From Camelus ferus (lineage: Eukaryota), in assembly GCF_009834535.1 (NCBI RefSeq), contig NC_045696.1, positions 28,522,001 through 28,586,000 on the forward strand: a stretch of 64,000 nt of DNA, written 5' to 3'. The notes under the pieces were generated by a model, which was not told the DNA's origin, did no database searches, and saw only the letters and a list, made by a program, of their open reading frames with translations. Shown one piece after another: positions 1 through 12,010 of this stretch (its first letter is position 1; every line of letters starts with the position of its first letter). A program made the translations under genes and the position numbers.

Positions 1-2294
1 TGATACTTCTTTAAAACCTCCAGTATTTAAGGCATATAAAAGAAGAGAGTAAGTCATCAAATCTATGTGTAAGTAAAATTATGATGGTATGTTTATTTGT
101 TCATCTCAATTCTACACCATATACTTAGGGATAATAAATAACTTTGTGTCATGCATTGATAATCCCTATAATCTTAATATGGCCTGCAGACAGTTTACAC
201 ATAAATATGGCGATCAGTTTGGAAAACAATATATAGAGGTCCTTAGCTGTCTGTCAGTCCTGTGTTATCTGTATCTATTTGAGTGAGTGTGTTTGCTTCT
301 GTGTGTGTATATTTTGTATACATCATATTAGATATAATTGATCCCAGAGAAATGCAGATCTTACTATAATGGATTCTCCCCTGTTCAAAAGGTATGTAAC
401 CTTTTGAATAAGATATTATTAACTTAGAAGTAGCTTGGCCATATTTGAAAAAAAGAAAAATTTGAGACAATTTGCTGAAAAAAAGTTTGAGGGGAAAACA
501 CATATTGATCAGTACTAAGTAGTAAAAATTTATTGCCATGTTGTCAGTTGCCTTATTCCAGATCAATACAAATCTCACCAAAAGCTTCTTAAATGCAATA
601 AGAATCTGACAAGACCTTTTTGTCATAGATTAGTGTTAGAGCAATGAAAGAGCCCCTAAGGAAAATTGTCTTTCTGGCTGAAATGCCAGCTGTATTCTGT
701 TTCTGAAGTGTTCTATGTATGTTCGACATCTTTATTGATATTGTGGATATCTAAAAACAAAAAAACAACCAGAACCTAAACATTTTGTGTGCAGAGTCAA
801 TGCAAAATGAGGATAATCTGAAAATTTAAATTTGGATTCATTGTTTCTATCAGAAACCCGTGATTTTATGCATATTACATTGCTGAGCAGAATTGGATTT
901 TAACAGCCCCAGACCAATTAAATTCTGTAGCAGTTTTAGACTACTCCATCCAGGTTTTAAATTAATAAAAAAAAAGGTAATGTAATACATTTAATAAGAT
1001 TTAAGAATAGGTTAGCAATGCATTTGCTTTTCTTAAGAAGAAAAAAGGTTATAAATTGGATACAACTTAAATTTAGATTTCCCCAACAAAGCGTCTATAT
1101 AGAATAGTGGAATCTAATTTGGAAATGCAGAAGGAGTTCTTCGGAGCTCGAGACAAGCTGCATTTCATGAATTCTGATAACACTAGAATGTAGTCATCTT
1201 GGCAGTCCTGTAATGTCAGTTTGCATAAGTAAACCCACTGAGGCTTGCTTATTTTGGTACATTGGACAGAGAGAAAGCACATGCATCTTCCGTGATATTT
1301 ATGCGAATTTAATTTTACTGATAAGTATCAATTTAACTGTGTGGAGATTTATCTTTTTCAAATAAAAGAAAAATCTGATTTTGGAACCTTTCACTTAAAT
1401 CCATTATTTTAGCACCCCTTCCCTAGGCAGATACATTCAGGCATGGGTTGCATGCCAGTCTTGTTTTTTATCTGTGTCTCTTCTCTAGATTTTGGTCTTT
1501 GCAATCTCAGATACTGTTTTTTGTTAGTGTACCTGTATAGCCCTATTTACTATAATTTCTATTAATTGTTAGAATTAGTCTGATTTTAAGTATTATATCA
1601 ATGTATATAAAACATCATACTAATAAACAATAGTGTTTTACAAACATAATATATAATATATATGACACAAAACAAGAACTATTATTCTAATCATTATAAT
1701 ATATGTAATAAATGCATATCGTGTATGTATATACATATAAATTATATTGTATTATATGATGTTAATTTATATTATATTACATTATATTATATATCAGTGC
1801 CAATCAAAGCACAGTGATATTATTATGAAAACTACTACCATGATTTGAAGTTAATTTGTACCAGTTGCTTTAAGGAATGCTGCTACCTTGCAGGAAATTT
1901 CAGAATTAAAAGACAAGGTTACGGGATGGAAATATATATTGCAAAGAACTTAAAATAGGTATTTATTTATTCTCACAATTCTTAGCCTCAAGGAAAAATA
2001 TCCAAAGGGCTACTTTGAATATTATTTACTGGGATGTAGGACAACATGCTGAGAAGCACTGGGATGGTTTAGATTATCAGCAATATCAAAATGGACCTAT
2101 CTTTTTTCTCTGATGGAGTTTAAAAGCCATTATTGGTGTCCCATTCCCATATTAGTGGGCTTTAATATAAAGAAGCATATGGTTAATTACACAAAGACGC
2201 TTGTCGCTATATGGTGCTGTTACCTGGATCAAAACTTTGGAACCCACTTTTATATAAAGATTTCAGTAATGTTAGAGGACAACAAATCATATAT

Positions 2295-2450
2295 AAGGAG
2301 TGTGGCTTTGAGGGAAAAGTATATCTGGCTTCCAATGCAGGCTCTGTATTTGACTAGCTCTTGACCTTATGAAATTTACTTCAGCTCTTCGGCCGCAAGT
2401 TCCTGAGTGTTAAGAACAGGAATAGTTATGACACACCTTTCTGAGGAAGT
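2295..2450 (+). mobile_element. MIR SINE fragment
   Basis: Degenerate MIR core (ggctctgtatttgactagctcttgacctt...cttcagctcttcggccgcaagttcctg...aacaggaatagt). Confidence 0.55.
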
Positions 2451-2819
2451 TTCCACTTCTGCCGTAGAGCCTTCATATGCTCTCCAACGAGAGAAACAGC
2501 GTCTTCATGTGAGTCCTCCTTTATCCACTAATCACCATAAACTCGCTGCTTTCTGTCCTGTTTTAATTTCTTGTCCCCCCCCCCCCCGAAGTTTTATTTT
2601 TTCTGGTCTTTCTTAGCCACTAATTCCTAATCATTAGGCTTTGTAATCAGATCTTCTTGAATTGGTCTCCTGGAGACAGGATGAGTTCCCCAGGAAAACC
2701 TGATTGCTTCCAGAAACCTCCAGACCAGAGATGAAATTGCAGCCTCTGCTGGAACACAGCCACGTCCTGTAGGAGACGTCTGCCTTGTTTCTGGTTGCCC
2801 TCACCACAAAGACAGAAAG

Positions 2820-2905
2820 TTGTGACAGAGAACTGGTGACCCTCAAAGCCTAAAATGGTTGCTATCTGACTGTCTACAGAAAAAGTTTGTGAACCTCTGG
2901 TCTAG
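2820..2905. mobile_element. MER58-like hAT-Charlie DNA transposon end
   Basis: aaagcctaaaatggttgctatctgactgtctacagaaaaagtttgtgaacctctg resembles the MER58A terminus. Confidence 0.5.
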
Positions 2906-4162
2906 ACAATGGAGTGACAGTCTGGTTTTATGGTGAGTTGTTTCAGGTGGAGCCCGTCTTTATGGTAGAAGGAAGGAGTGCGAAACTAAACACCGGGTGC
3001 ATCTGGCAACTACAGTGCCACTGCTTACATCACAGTCATTAAAAACCATTAGACAGACACAGGTCAAAGGACTAGATTAAAAAAATAAATAAAAGCTTTC
3101 AGTTGATCAAGTTAGGCACCAAACTCATGTATCCCTTCCTTATTCTAAAATAGTCTTCAAGTGGTAAGGAACTATTATTCTAACAAGAACATATAGCACA
3201 AACCACACTTTGGACCACATTTTAATTTCCTATGGGGAATTCTGTCTACTTCTAAAATCATTCACAGATGATCTCTGCTTTCAAGCCCCAATTCCCAAAG
3301 ACCTGAATTCCCACTTGGGTGGAGAAATCTTTAGCTAATAGTCTTAGTTCCTTTAAATTTTTGTTCCTTCCACTTAATGTGTACTTGATTCTGAAAAAGA
3401 AAAAAAAATCGCGGTTTCTATTCTTGTAAATATAGCACCTTTTGTGACTACTAAAACTAATGTAAGAATCATTAAATAGGTGCATTTATTCATTGAGATA
3501 TTATGCCCCTGTGGCTACGGACATGGAATAAATCAGGCTGAGCAGCCCTGCTCTCCCTAAGGGCCTCCAATTTGGTTGAAATATCTTTCTGCCTGAAGTC
3601 ATATGGTTTAGAACCTAATCAAAATGTGTGGATTAGGATTCCTGAGCATTTTTGACAGTCTAGGGAATAAATAGGAATGAGAAAGGGAGTCTCTGGGTCG
3701 TTTTTATGTCAGTGCTTTTTTTCAGATACTGACAATAGTGAAAGAGGGATATAGCGCATTTTAATTTCTTCTAAATCAAGTGTGGCTTCTACAGATCATG
3801 TGTACGTCTCAGTATGTTTTGTAACTGCTGATAAAAGATAACCTGAGAGATGGAAATGACAAGAGAGCAGATTGATTTTTATACTCAAAAAATCATTTAA
3901 AAAATTATTTATTTGGAGGTGACTTCTGGGACTTCCACTCTTAAAATAGTTTTAAGTGTTTCCAACCCGCTTCCTCGTAGATACAGACTGTTTCTTTATT
4001 CCTTCTTGAGCATACAAAAGCAGGCTGTTCAAAAAGAAACTAACAAACGTTTAAGAATAGTATTAAAAATGGCTCCCATTACTAGATATAAAAAAGCTTT
4101 AGGGAATTTGTGGATGATAAATATCCTTGAACAGTAAACATTCTTTCTCAGAACACCACGAT

Positions 4163-4760
4163 TTTGGTTATCTATTGCTATGTAAAGCTAACAACCAAAT
4201 TTTAGTAGTTAAAAGCCTCAAAATCTTCACAATATATACAATTTTATGGGTCAGGAGTTTGAGCAGAGTCTATCAGGGATGACTTTTATGCCTCCTAAAT
4301 TCCCTCTGTTGGTCCTTAGCTGAGGTGATTCACATGGTTGTAAATGGACTTGACTGTATCCCTCGGTCTAGGGCTTCAGTTCTATCTGTCCTCTGGAGCC
4401 CTTGGTTTTTCTCCACACGCTGTCTGCTAAGGTAGGAATGTTCAAGATGGTTTCTTCATTCATATTATGGGGACTGGGCTGGAATGAAGCTGGTGGCTCC
4501 TGGGCGTCTGTCTTCCTTTTCAGGCCTCTCCACATGGCTAGCTTGGTCTTCGCCATGGCACGGCATCCTCAAGATAGTCAGACTTTTCCCATGACAGCTG
4601 GTTTCCCTCTGGGTCTTCCAAGAGACGCAGGTGAACAGTGCAAGGCCTTTTTCCCATCCAGTCTCTGAAGCCACCTTCACAACATTATACATCAAGGAAT
4701 GTGCCAAGGCCAGTTGGAATTCAAGGAGGGTGAGGAGGGAATAGTAATGGCATAAACATA
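4163..4760 (-). mobile_element. MLT1-family (ERVL-MaLR) solo LTR
   Basis: Begins ggttatctattgctatgtaa...; internal tgggtcaggagtttgagcag and ggcctctccacatggctagcttgg are typical of reverse-oriented MLT1. Confidence 0.7.
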
Positions 4761-5854
4761 GACCCAGGCATAGTGGAAAGGAAGTGCTGATTGTTGATCG
4801 TGGCCATACTTTGCTATTTGTTAGAGGAGTGAGAAACTTTTCTGATGACAACAATGACAGAAAGGAGGGAAAAGAACATGGGGTTTAGCAGTAGGGAGCC
4901 ACAGACTGCATTTACGTACTTTACCTTGACTTGATGGACATGACCTCATCTCTATGATCCTTAATTCCTTAGCTGGATACATAAACCATGGACCACCTGG
5001 TTGATACTACCTAAACTGGAGCTGCTATCTTATTTCCTCCTTAGGTTTATGATTTTGCTCTCTTTTCACAAAACAGAATTAAGACGAGCTATGTTGTTAT
5101 TGCCTTTCTCACTTACTATTATTTTGTCTTTCTGCTCTTCTTCTAGCCCAAGTAGTAATAATATCCTGAGAAACTGGTTAGAAGTACGGGTTCTTTTCTC
5201 TTAAAACCAATGTTGCAAATATGCTTCTCCTGATGTATTTGTAACCAAAGGAGGTTTTTCTATGGACGGCCTAGAGGTGTTAAAACAAGATTACTGAAGA
5301 ATCCTATGTTACTTTGTGAATTAGAGGAAGATTTGCAGCCTCGGTCAATGAAAAGGCATGTAGAGCAACGCTGAGGAACATCTGCTATGTGCTGTGGTGC
5401 CACTTGCACGTCATAAAACACATAGTGGGGATCAGCCACCCTGCAAAGGAAGCTTTCAGAATCCGGAACAAAACAGGTAACAGATGTTTCAGTCAGATGG
5501 TCAAACTAAAATATGTATTATAACTGGCATCCGAGGCAGAAAGTAAACAAGATTTATACCCTACATAGTGTTTTAATTACTCTGCATTCAGAAAAGTTTT
5601 ACTGTTAAATTTAGTACTCTTATTCAAAGATAGTGGCATCATTCCTGAAGATATCAGTGTTCTATGGAAAATCAACGTTGTGACAGTATTGTTTACTACT
5701 ACTGATTTGATTACATTTGATATAGAAAAAGCCCTTGCAAGAATTAATACAGAACTTTATATTTTTATGCCTAACTGATATCAGATTATTTAATATAGTA
5801 TAGAGTTAATTATCTTTAAGATTAACCTTTTCATTTTTTATCACTTAATTTTAT

Positions 5855-6235
5855 ATCATTTTTGTTGAGAGGTAATTGACATATAACACTGTATTTGTTT
5901 TGGGCATGAAACAAGGTGATTTGATCTATGCATATGTTGAGAAATGACCACAAGAAGTCTATTTAATACCCATCATCAAACATACTTATAAAGTTTTTTC
6001 TTGTAATGAGAACTTTTAAGATCTACTCTTTTAACAACTTTCAAATATGCAACACAGTGCTGCTAACTACAGTCACCATGCTGTGCGTTACACTACCAGG
6101 ACTGACTTATTTTATTACTGGAAGTTTGTATCTTTTGACCACCTTCATTAATTTCACCTACCATGCCAGTTCCTACTTTTGGCAACCACCAATCTTTCCT
6201 CTGTATCTACGAATTTTTTTAACGTTCACATATTA
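5855..6235 (-). mobile_element. L1 (L1MA-like) 3' UTR fragment
   Basis: gaggtaattgacatataac...gaacttttaagatctactcttttaacaactttcaaatatgcaacacagtg...ggcaaccaccaatct. Confidence 0.8.
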
Positions 6236-8171
6236 AATGTTGCAAACCTATATGTCACATATTGGTACCTTATTAGATGCAAAGATTTCACTTAGTAGTG
6301 GATCACAGTTGGTTGTTACTGGCTATATTTTTGAACACTTAGCTCTTTCCTTTACTTGTATAAATATGCACATGCCAACCTCATAAAGAACCAGAGAGAA
6401 TTTAGAAAATAACTAATAACACTTAAAAAACAGTGAGTATATGTTTTCTTCTGAACCACACCATAAAATACAAGATTTCCTAGACACTGCAGGACTTAAC
6501 AGCACAACTAAGCATTATTATTCAAGCATGAGAAAAGGACAATGAAAATTGATTAATGCACTGACAGGAAACAGTCCAGAAAGTCTATTTATTTTACTGA
6601 CCTGAAGAATAAAAAATTTAAGAGGCTTACTTAAGCTCCATGGCAAAAGTGTCTAGCCGAGCTGCCTCTCATTAGGTCGCCCAGCAGCATCCTTTGTAAA
6701 TCTGGTTAACCCCCAGGATTACTTTTACTCCTACTTACTTGGGAGCTCATTTTGAATGCTACTGCTGTGGCTGTAGCTGTCTTTTCCAATCTAAAAACTA
6801 GCGTTGATGATAATTGCCTAGTCTTTACATTGCTTAGTTTTCCAAGGAGTCTTTGACACGCCGCCTCTGTAATGTTTTCACCAGCCGTCGTTTACAGGGA
6901 CTACCTCATGACTCACAAGTAATTGGACCTAATTGCAGGTGCACTCAAACCTTTACCATATCAAAACAAGAGGCCAGAAACCAATTGTGGCACAGTGATT
7001 CCAGAAAGTCATAGCCACGTGACTGTATCAAGAAAAAAATAAATAAACTGACAAAAGGGAATGTTCTTTTTACATACATTGATCTCACTGAGTTCATCCA
7101 TAATAAGTTTCTCCTTCTTTGTTCCCAATAATGAAGCCTTATCTTCTGAGTGGCTGCTTCCTCACAGCTACCCTCTGGGTCCTTTATTATAAAAACATTG
7201 CATCGTATCTTTCACAAGTGGATAAAGTATTTCATCCTTTATTAGCTTCTTTCCTCTATAGACAAAGTACAGCTGGTAAAGATGTCATTCTTGTTCTTTG
7301 GAACAAGTAGATTAGTCCATTTCCTCGTGGGGTTTGGCAAAGTCCTTCAACAGACGTGACTGGCAGAGGAAGAGGCTGGAGATGCTGGCCCCAGGGAATA
7401 GACTGCTGACTTGATAAATCTTTGGGTCATAAAAGGTCATCTCTTTATGTCTGGAAGAAAGACTGTCTCACTAAAAAATACCAGCAAGAGATCTTTCTGT
7501 AGTGTGAAATGTAAAGAAAACAAACTAATACTGAATGAGTATTTGCATGCTGGCAACATGAATAGGCAGACAAACACAGGTACAATATTTTCAGTCGTAA
7601 ATTCATTGTGAATGATTTTTCAGATTTTAAAGTCATTGCTGCAGAAAAGCACATGCCTTTCCTATGTGTTTTGATTTTCAGTGGGCTGTGTAGTGAATAC
7701 ACAGTGAACCCCTAAAATGGTCAATTTTAAGCAGAAGTAATTATAGGCACATCCTAAAAATGCTACTTTGAAATCTTCGGGTAAAAAAAGACTAGAAACC
7801 ACACAGTGTTTCTTAAAAGCTGCTAGAAATTAAAGGTCACAAGGATATTCGAGATTGAACTACTTATTATTAATGAATTCATAAACCTCCCCATAACATT
7901 TGGCTGCAATATTTTCAGCTTGAAAAAGAACAGTAAAAACTGAGATTAAAAAACAAAAACAAAATCAAAGCAGAGTGACCCAACCAATTAGTCAGCCCCT
8001 TTAGAACCACTCCACCACACCCACCATTCCTAAATTTAGGGAACAATCCTGTTTCTTCCTTCAATTTGCTTTTTTTTTTTTTCTCAAATCAAGAAATTGA
8101 AGTATTCTAAGTATATGCTTGCACTGCTTTGGCCATTAGGAAAATGCCAGTGATATTGCCAGAGAGTCTTT

Positions 8172-8203
8172 TTGGTTTTGTTTTGTTTTGTTTTGTTTTG
8201 TTT
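8172..8203. repeat. (GTTTT)n microsatellite
   Basis: Tandem pentamer seen directly. Confidence 0.9.
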
Positions 8204-8665
8204 CTGTTCCTACCTGGTTTTTTAACCATAGGCTGTGTCATGCCCCCTTAATGTCAGGGCCATTTCCTTTATTCCCAGTGAATTAATCTCATGTGCTGAG
8301 TCCTCAACACAGGAGCTGTGCCCTAGGAAATTTCATCAGTACTCCACACTGTAGTAATTCTTTGTCTGAAGAACAAAAGAAGGGCACAGGTTAACCCCAA
8401 AATAAGAGCTTTACTGTGAAAAGGAAGCAATTCCAGTCTGCGGACTCAGGAAAGCCTCGATCACAACAGCCCAAACTCCATTTCAGCTGTTCCAAAGTTT
8501 GCCATCTAATTTTAATATTATATATCTCCACATACAGACACAAATGCACACAGAGCTTGCTAGATTGTGGTCCCTGGCAAGAAAAACTTCCAAAATAGGA
8601 CGTAGTTTCTAGTAGTTTTAGACATTCAATATCTGGATGCACTCCCAGGATCCAACTGGAGTTTA

Positions 8666-8738
8666 AATATATATATTTATTACTATATAACTGTATACAT
8701 ATGTGTGTATATATATATATGTATATATATATATACAC
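8666..8738. repeat. (TA)n/(TG)n compound microsatellite
   Basis: Seen directly. Confidence 0.85.
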
Positions 8739-9332
8739 AAAAATTCTGTTGCAATTTTTTTTAAAGTGAGGCAAACATTTTACTCATAGATATAGATATA
8801 TTGGGGGCAGTAAATCATCCTAAAATTTGGGCAATATGAGATCTGTATAGAGAACCAAAGTGTAGGGTTAGAATTTCATGAATGACTTCCGAGTGCAGGT
8901 AATGATAACAGGAGGAACAGCTAAAATTTTTGTTAAGCCCTTTATTTGCATCATCTCTAGTCCTTATACAGCCCTGTTCACCTATAACTACTTCAGGTTT
9001 CACTGATAGCATCTGGAGCTGTTCAATGACTTGCCCTGTGTCACAAATATATACTTGGGTTTAATACCAAAATTCAAGGATGATAGAGTCAAATATTTTT
9101 GAAATAATATAGAAAGTGCTAATAAGAGAATACAATTATAAAGGAGGCCAGAATTTTCTTGAGCTGAATATGTTTGTGGGTCAGTCTTTCACAAGTTACA
9201 AGGACTGAAACACACATGAGGAATACAGTGTTTTTGCAACACTGTTATTTAGAATTGCTGCCTGCAGGAATGGAAGGACCTCAGAGGATGACTGTTTCTG
9301 GTAGTCTGAGTCTCTGAAGCTTAACTTAAAAT

Positions 9333-9519
9333 AACAAGTTTATACTGTATAGCACAGGGGACTATATTCAATATCTTATAGTAACCCATAATGAAAAAGT
9401 ATATGAAAAGGAATAATATGTACGTATGTATACGTATGACTGAAACATGATGCTGTACACAAGAAAATGAATTGACACAACATTGTAAACTGACTATACT
9501 TCAATTGAAAAAATAACAT
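9333..9519 (+). mobile_element. 5'-truncated cetartiodactyl L1 3' tail with target-site duplication
   Basis: aacaagtttatactgtatagcacaggggactatattcaatatc...cattgtaaactgactatacttcaattgaaaaaa. Flanked by aaaataac at 9328-9335 and 9520-9527, at a TT/AAAA site. Confidence 0.85.
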
Positions 9520-11849
9520 AAAATAACTTATGATGTTCTGTTCTGTTTGGGAGGATTAGACGATGAATCTGGACAGTGAAAGAGGTCTCCATTCAAGAGT
9601 GAATTGGAATGACTGAAGGAGACAGACATAGAGAGGGTGCATCTCAGAAAACGACTTATTCGAGCATCTCATTTTACACAAAGAAAATGAAGTCCCAGAG
9701 AGTTAAAACAGTCTTTGCGTGTCATTCTATGTAGACTCTCCCTAGGAAATCTCACATGCTCCCTGTCATGCACATTGCTCACGTTTGAGCCAAGCAGAAC
9801 TTCACAGCCTTCCTCCAAAGGCACACATGGGTGTCCCATCTGGTGGGAATTCCCTTTCTCCACTTGGCTTCCTAGAAAATTTCATCTCACTCTTGGGCAT
9901 GGGGCCAAAAGTACAATGTATATTCTCAGTAAGATCAATTAATAAGCAAGTATATAAATAAAATGTAAAAATGAGCCATTTCTTCATATTATTATCAATT
10001 TCTTGTTGGTGGTTGGAAATAGGTGTCTATAGCTTAGTTCTGTGAATCTGCTATGAAAATTAAAAGCAGTGGAGACAATGACTCAGAGGAACTTAGAGAT
10101 CAAAACGGCTGAGAACTGGGAAAGGAGCAATGGACAAATACTCTTGGTTGGGCATCAAATAAAGCACAATAAAAGATGAACAGAGGGGCATGTCTATGGA
10201 ATCTTAGCTGTGAGGCCAAGACAATTTAATGCTTTTTCTTAATTCCCACATATGCATAGGTAGATCCTCCATTATATGACATAACCTGATCCTGTTTCTG
10301 CCTTGTGTCACTTTGTATGTGGACAGCTGTGAATGATTTGTGAGAGAACAAAATCCGTCCACACAGTGGCCATTGTGTGAAACAGCAAAGCAGTAACTTC
10401 CTGGAAGATACCAATGCTTTATTATTATCATTAGTATATTATTATTACTATTATTATACTTTTGTCTTTCATGGCTAACCAAAAAATTTCATTAGAGAAA
10501 AATCAAATCAAAATTTTAAAATGTACAAGCCAACAATAGTTAAAATGTTTTATATTTTTATGAGAAAATTAGACATCAATTATGACTTTGTCTACAATTT
10601 GTAAGCATATTTAGCAGTTTAGGAAAAAAATAAGGCTTTTTAACATTAGGACTATTAAATTTAGAAAAATAACACTAAAATGTTACAAATTGTGACAAAT
10701 ACAAATGACCTCCAAGTCCCCAATTCCAATGGATGCTTTTCATCCTCCCTGTAATATGCATTTGCTACCATCTTTTTATCTGTAAAAATCCAGAACTTGG
10801 CTTCTCTAAGCTATTTTGGAAGTTAGATGAGGTAACATATCAAGTGATACACAGATTTTTATAATTTTAATTTTACTTGTTGCACCCTAATGAAGCAAAA
10901 AAAAAAAAAAAAGAGAGATTGAAGAAGGTAAAATATATTAAATTACACTAAATTTTCTAAACTAAGACTCATACCTCTTAGAAAGATATAAGGGAAAGTT
11001 TATATTGATCCAAATAAAATTTATTCTCTACATCAAGAAATAAAGATACTCTAATTTTCTATTGATTACTTAGTAAAGCTTTAAAATAAATAGCAAATTT
11101 GATTGCAAATAAAAATGGTGTAAATTCTATTTCAAAAAGTCAAATAGAAAATCAATGTATTTTACACAATAGAATGTGATTTAAATAGTCATATATGTAT
11201 CTTGCTTAATACTATAATAAATTAGTAAAGCAGTACACTGAATTTATTTTCCAACAAATTATAATTAGAAATGTAAATATCCTAATTAATAGTAGAAGGC
11301 ACAGGCATTTTGTTACTTCATAAATAGGAACTCATTTAAATATATTCATGCACTGTAAACTGTTGCTTGGTTTCTGCTCACAGTAATTAGGCAACCATGA
11401 AATTAAAGGGAATAATGTGATTACATTTCCCATCACATTATAATTTTTTTAGGGTTGGAACAGGAGGAGTAACAGATAATAGAGTGTTATATTTTTGTTG
11501 TATTTTCTCTTTCTACTGATTTAGTATGGTTTCTCAAAATGCATTTTATTTTATACTTAAACATACATGCCCAATTTCATCTACCTATTACATTTTATTT
11601 TGAATATAATTTTTAAAATAAATAATAAACAGATTTTTCTGTTATCTCTAGATTTCTGTTAATTACATGTCTAAAGCATAATTTTTAAAGGGTGAAAAAA
11701 GAGTTTGGCTAACCACGTCACCTTTTCTGTGTCTGTGCTTAGTCCTTGCCTTTCCAGTGATACCTACCAAGGCCAAGGCGGTGATTACTGCAACCTGGCG
11801 CCCCATCCCCACCAGCGGCACTAACCGGGTTTTCTTTCTGGAGCGTTGA

Positions 11850-12010
11850 TCATCTTAAAATACACTATATAATTTACTTACTGGTTACCATCTGTCTCCT
11901 TCAAGGCAAGCTTCTGGACAGCAAAGATCTTTGTCTTCTTATGACTGTGTCCTAGCCTCATTTTACAGTGTTTATTTAAAAAATAGATACATCAGATAAT
12001 ATTGTTCCAT
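11850..12010 (+). mobile_element. L2 3' end fragment
   Basis: tctgtctccttcaaggcaagcttctggacagcaaagatctttgtc...actgtgtcctagcct. Confidence 0.5.

Noticed and set aside
1077..1193. Protein-looking frame ISPTKRLYRIVESNLEMQKEFFGARDKLHFMNSDNTRM*
   Set aside because: No family recognised, weak splice acceptor and no partner exons; a BLASTX would settle it.
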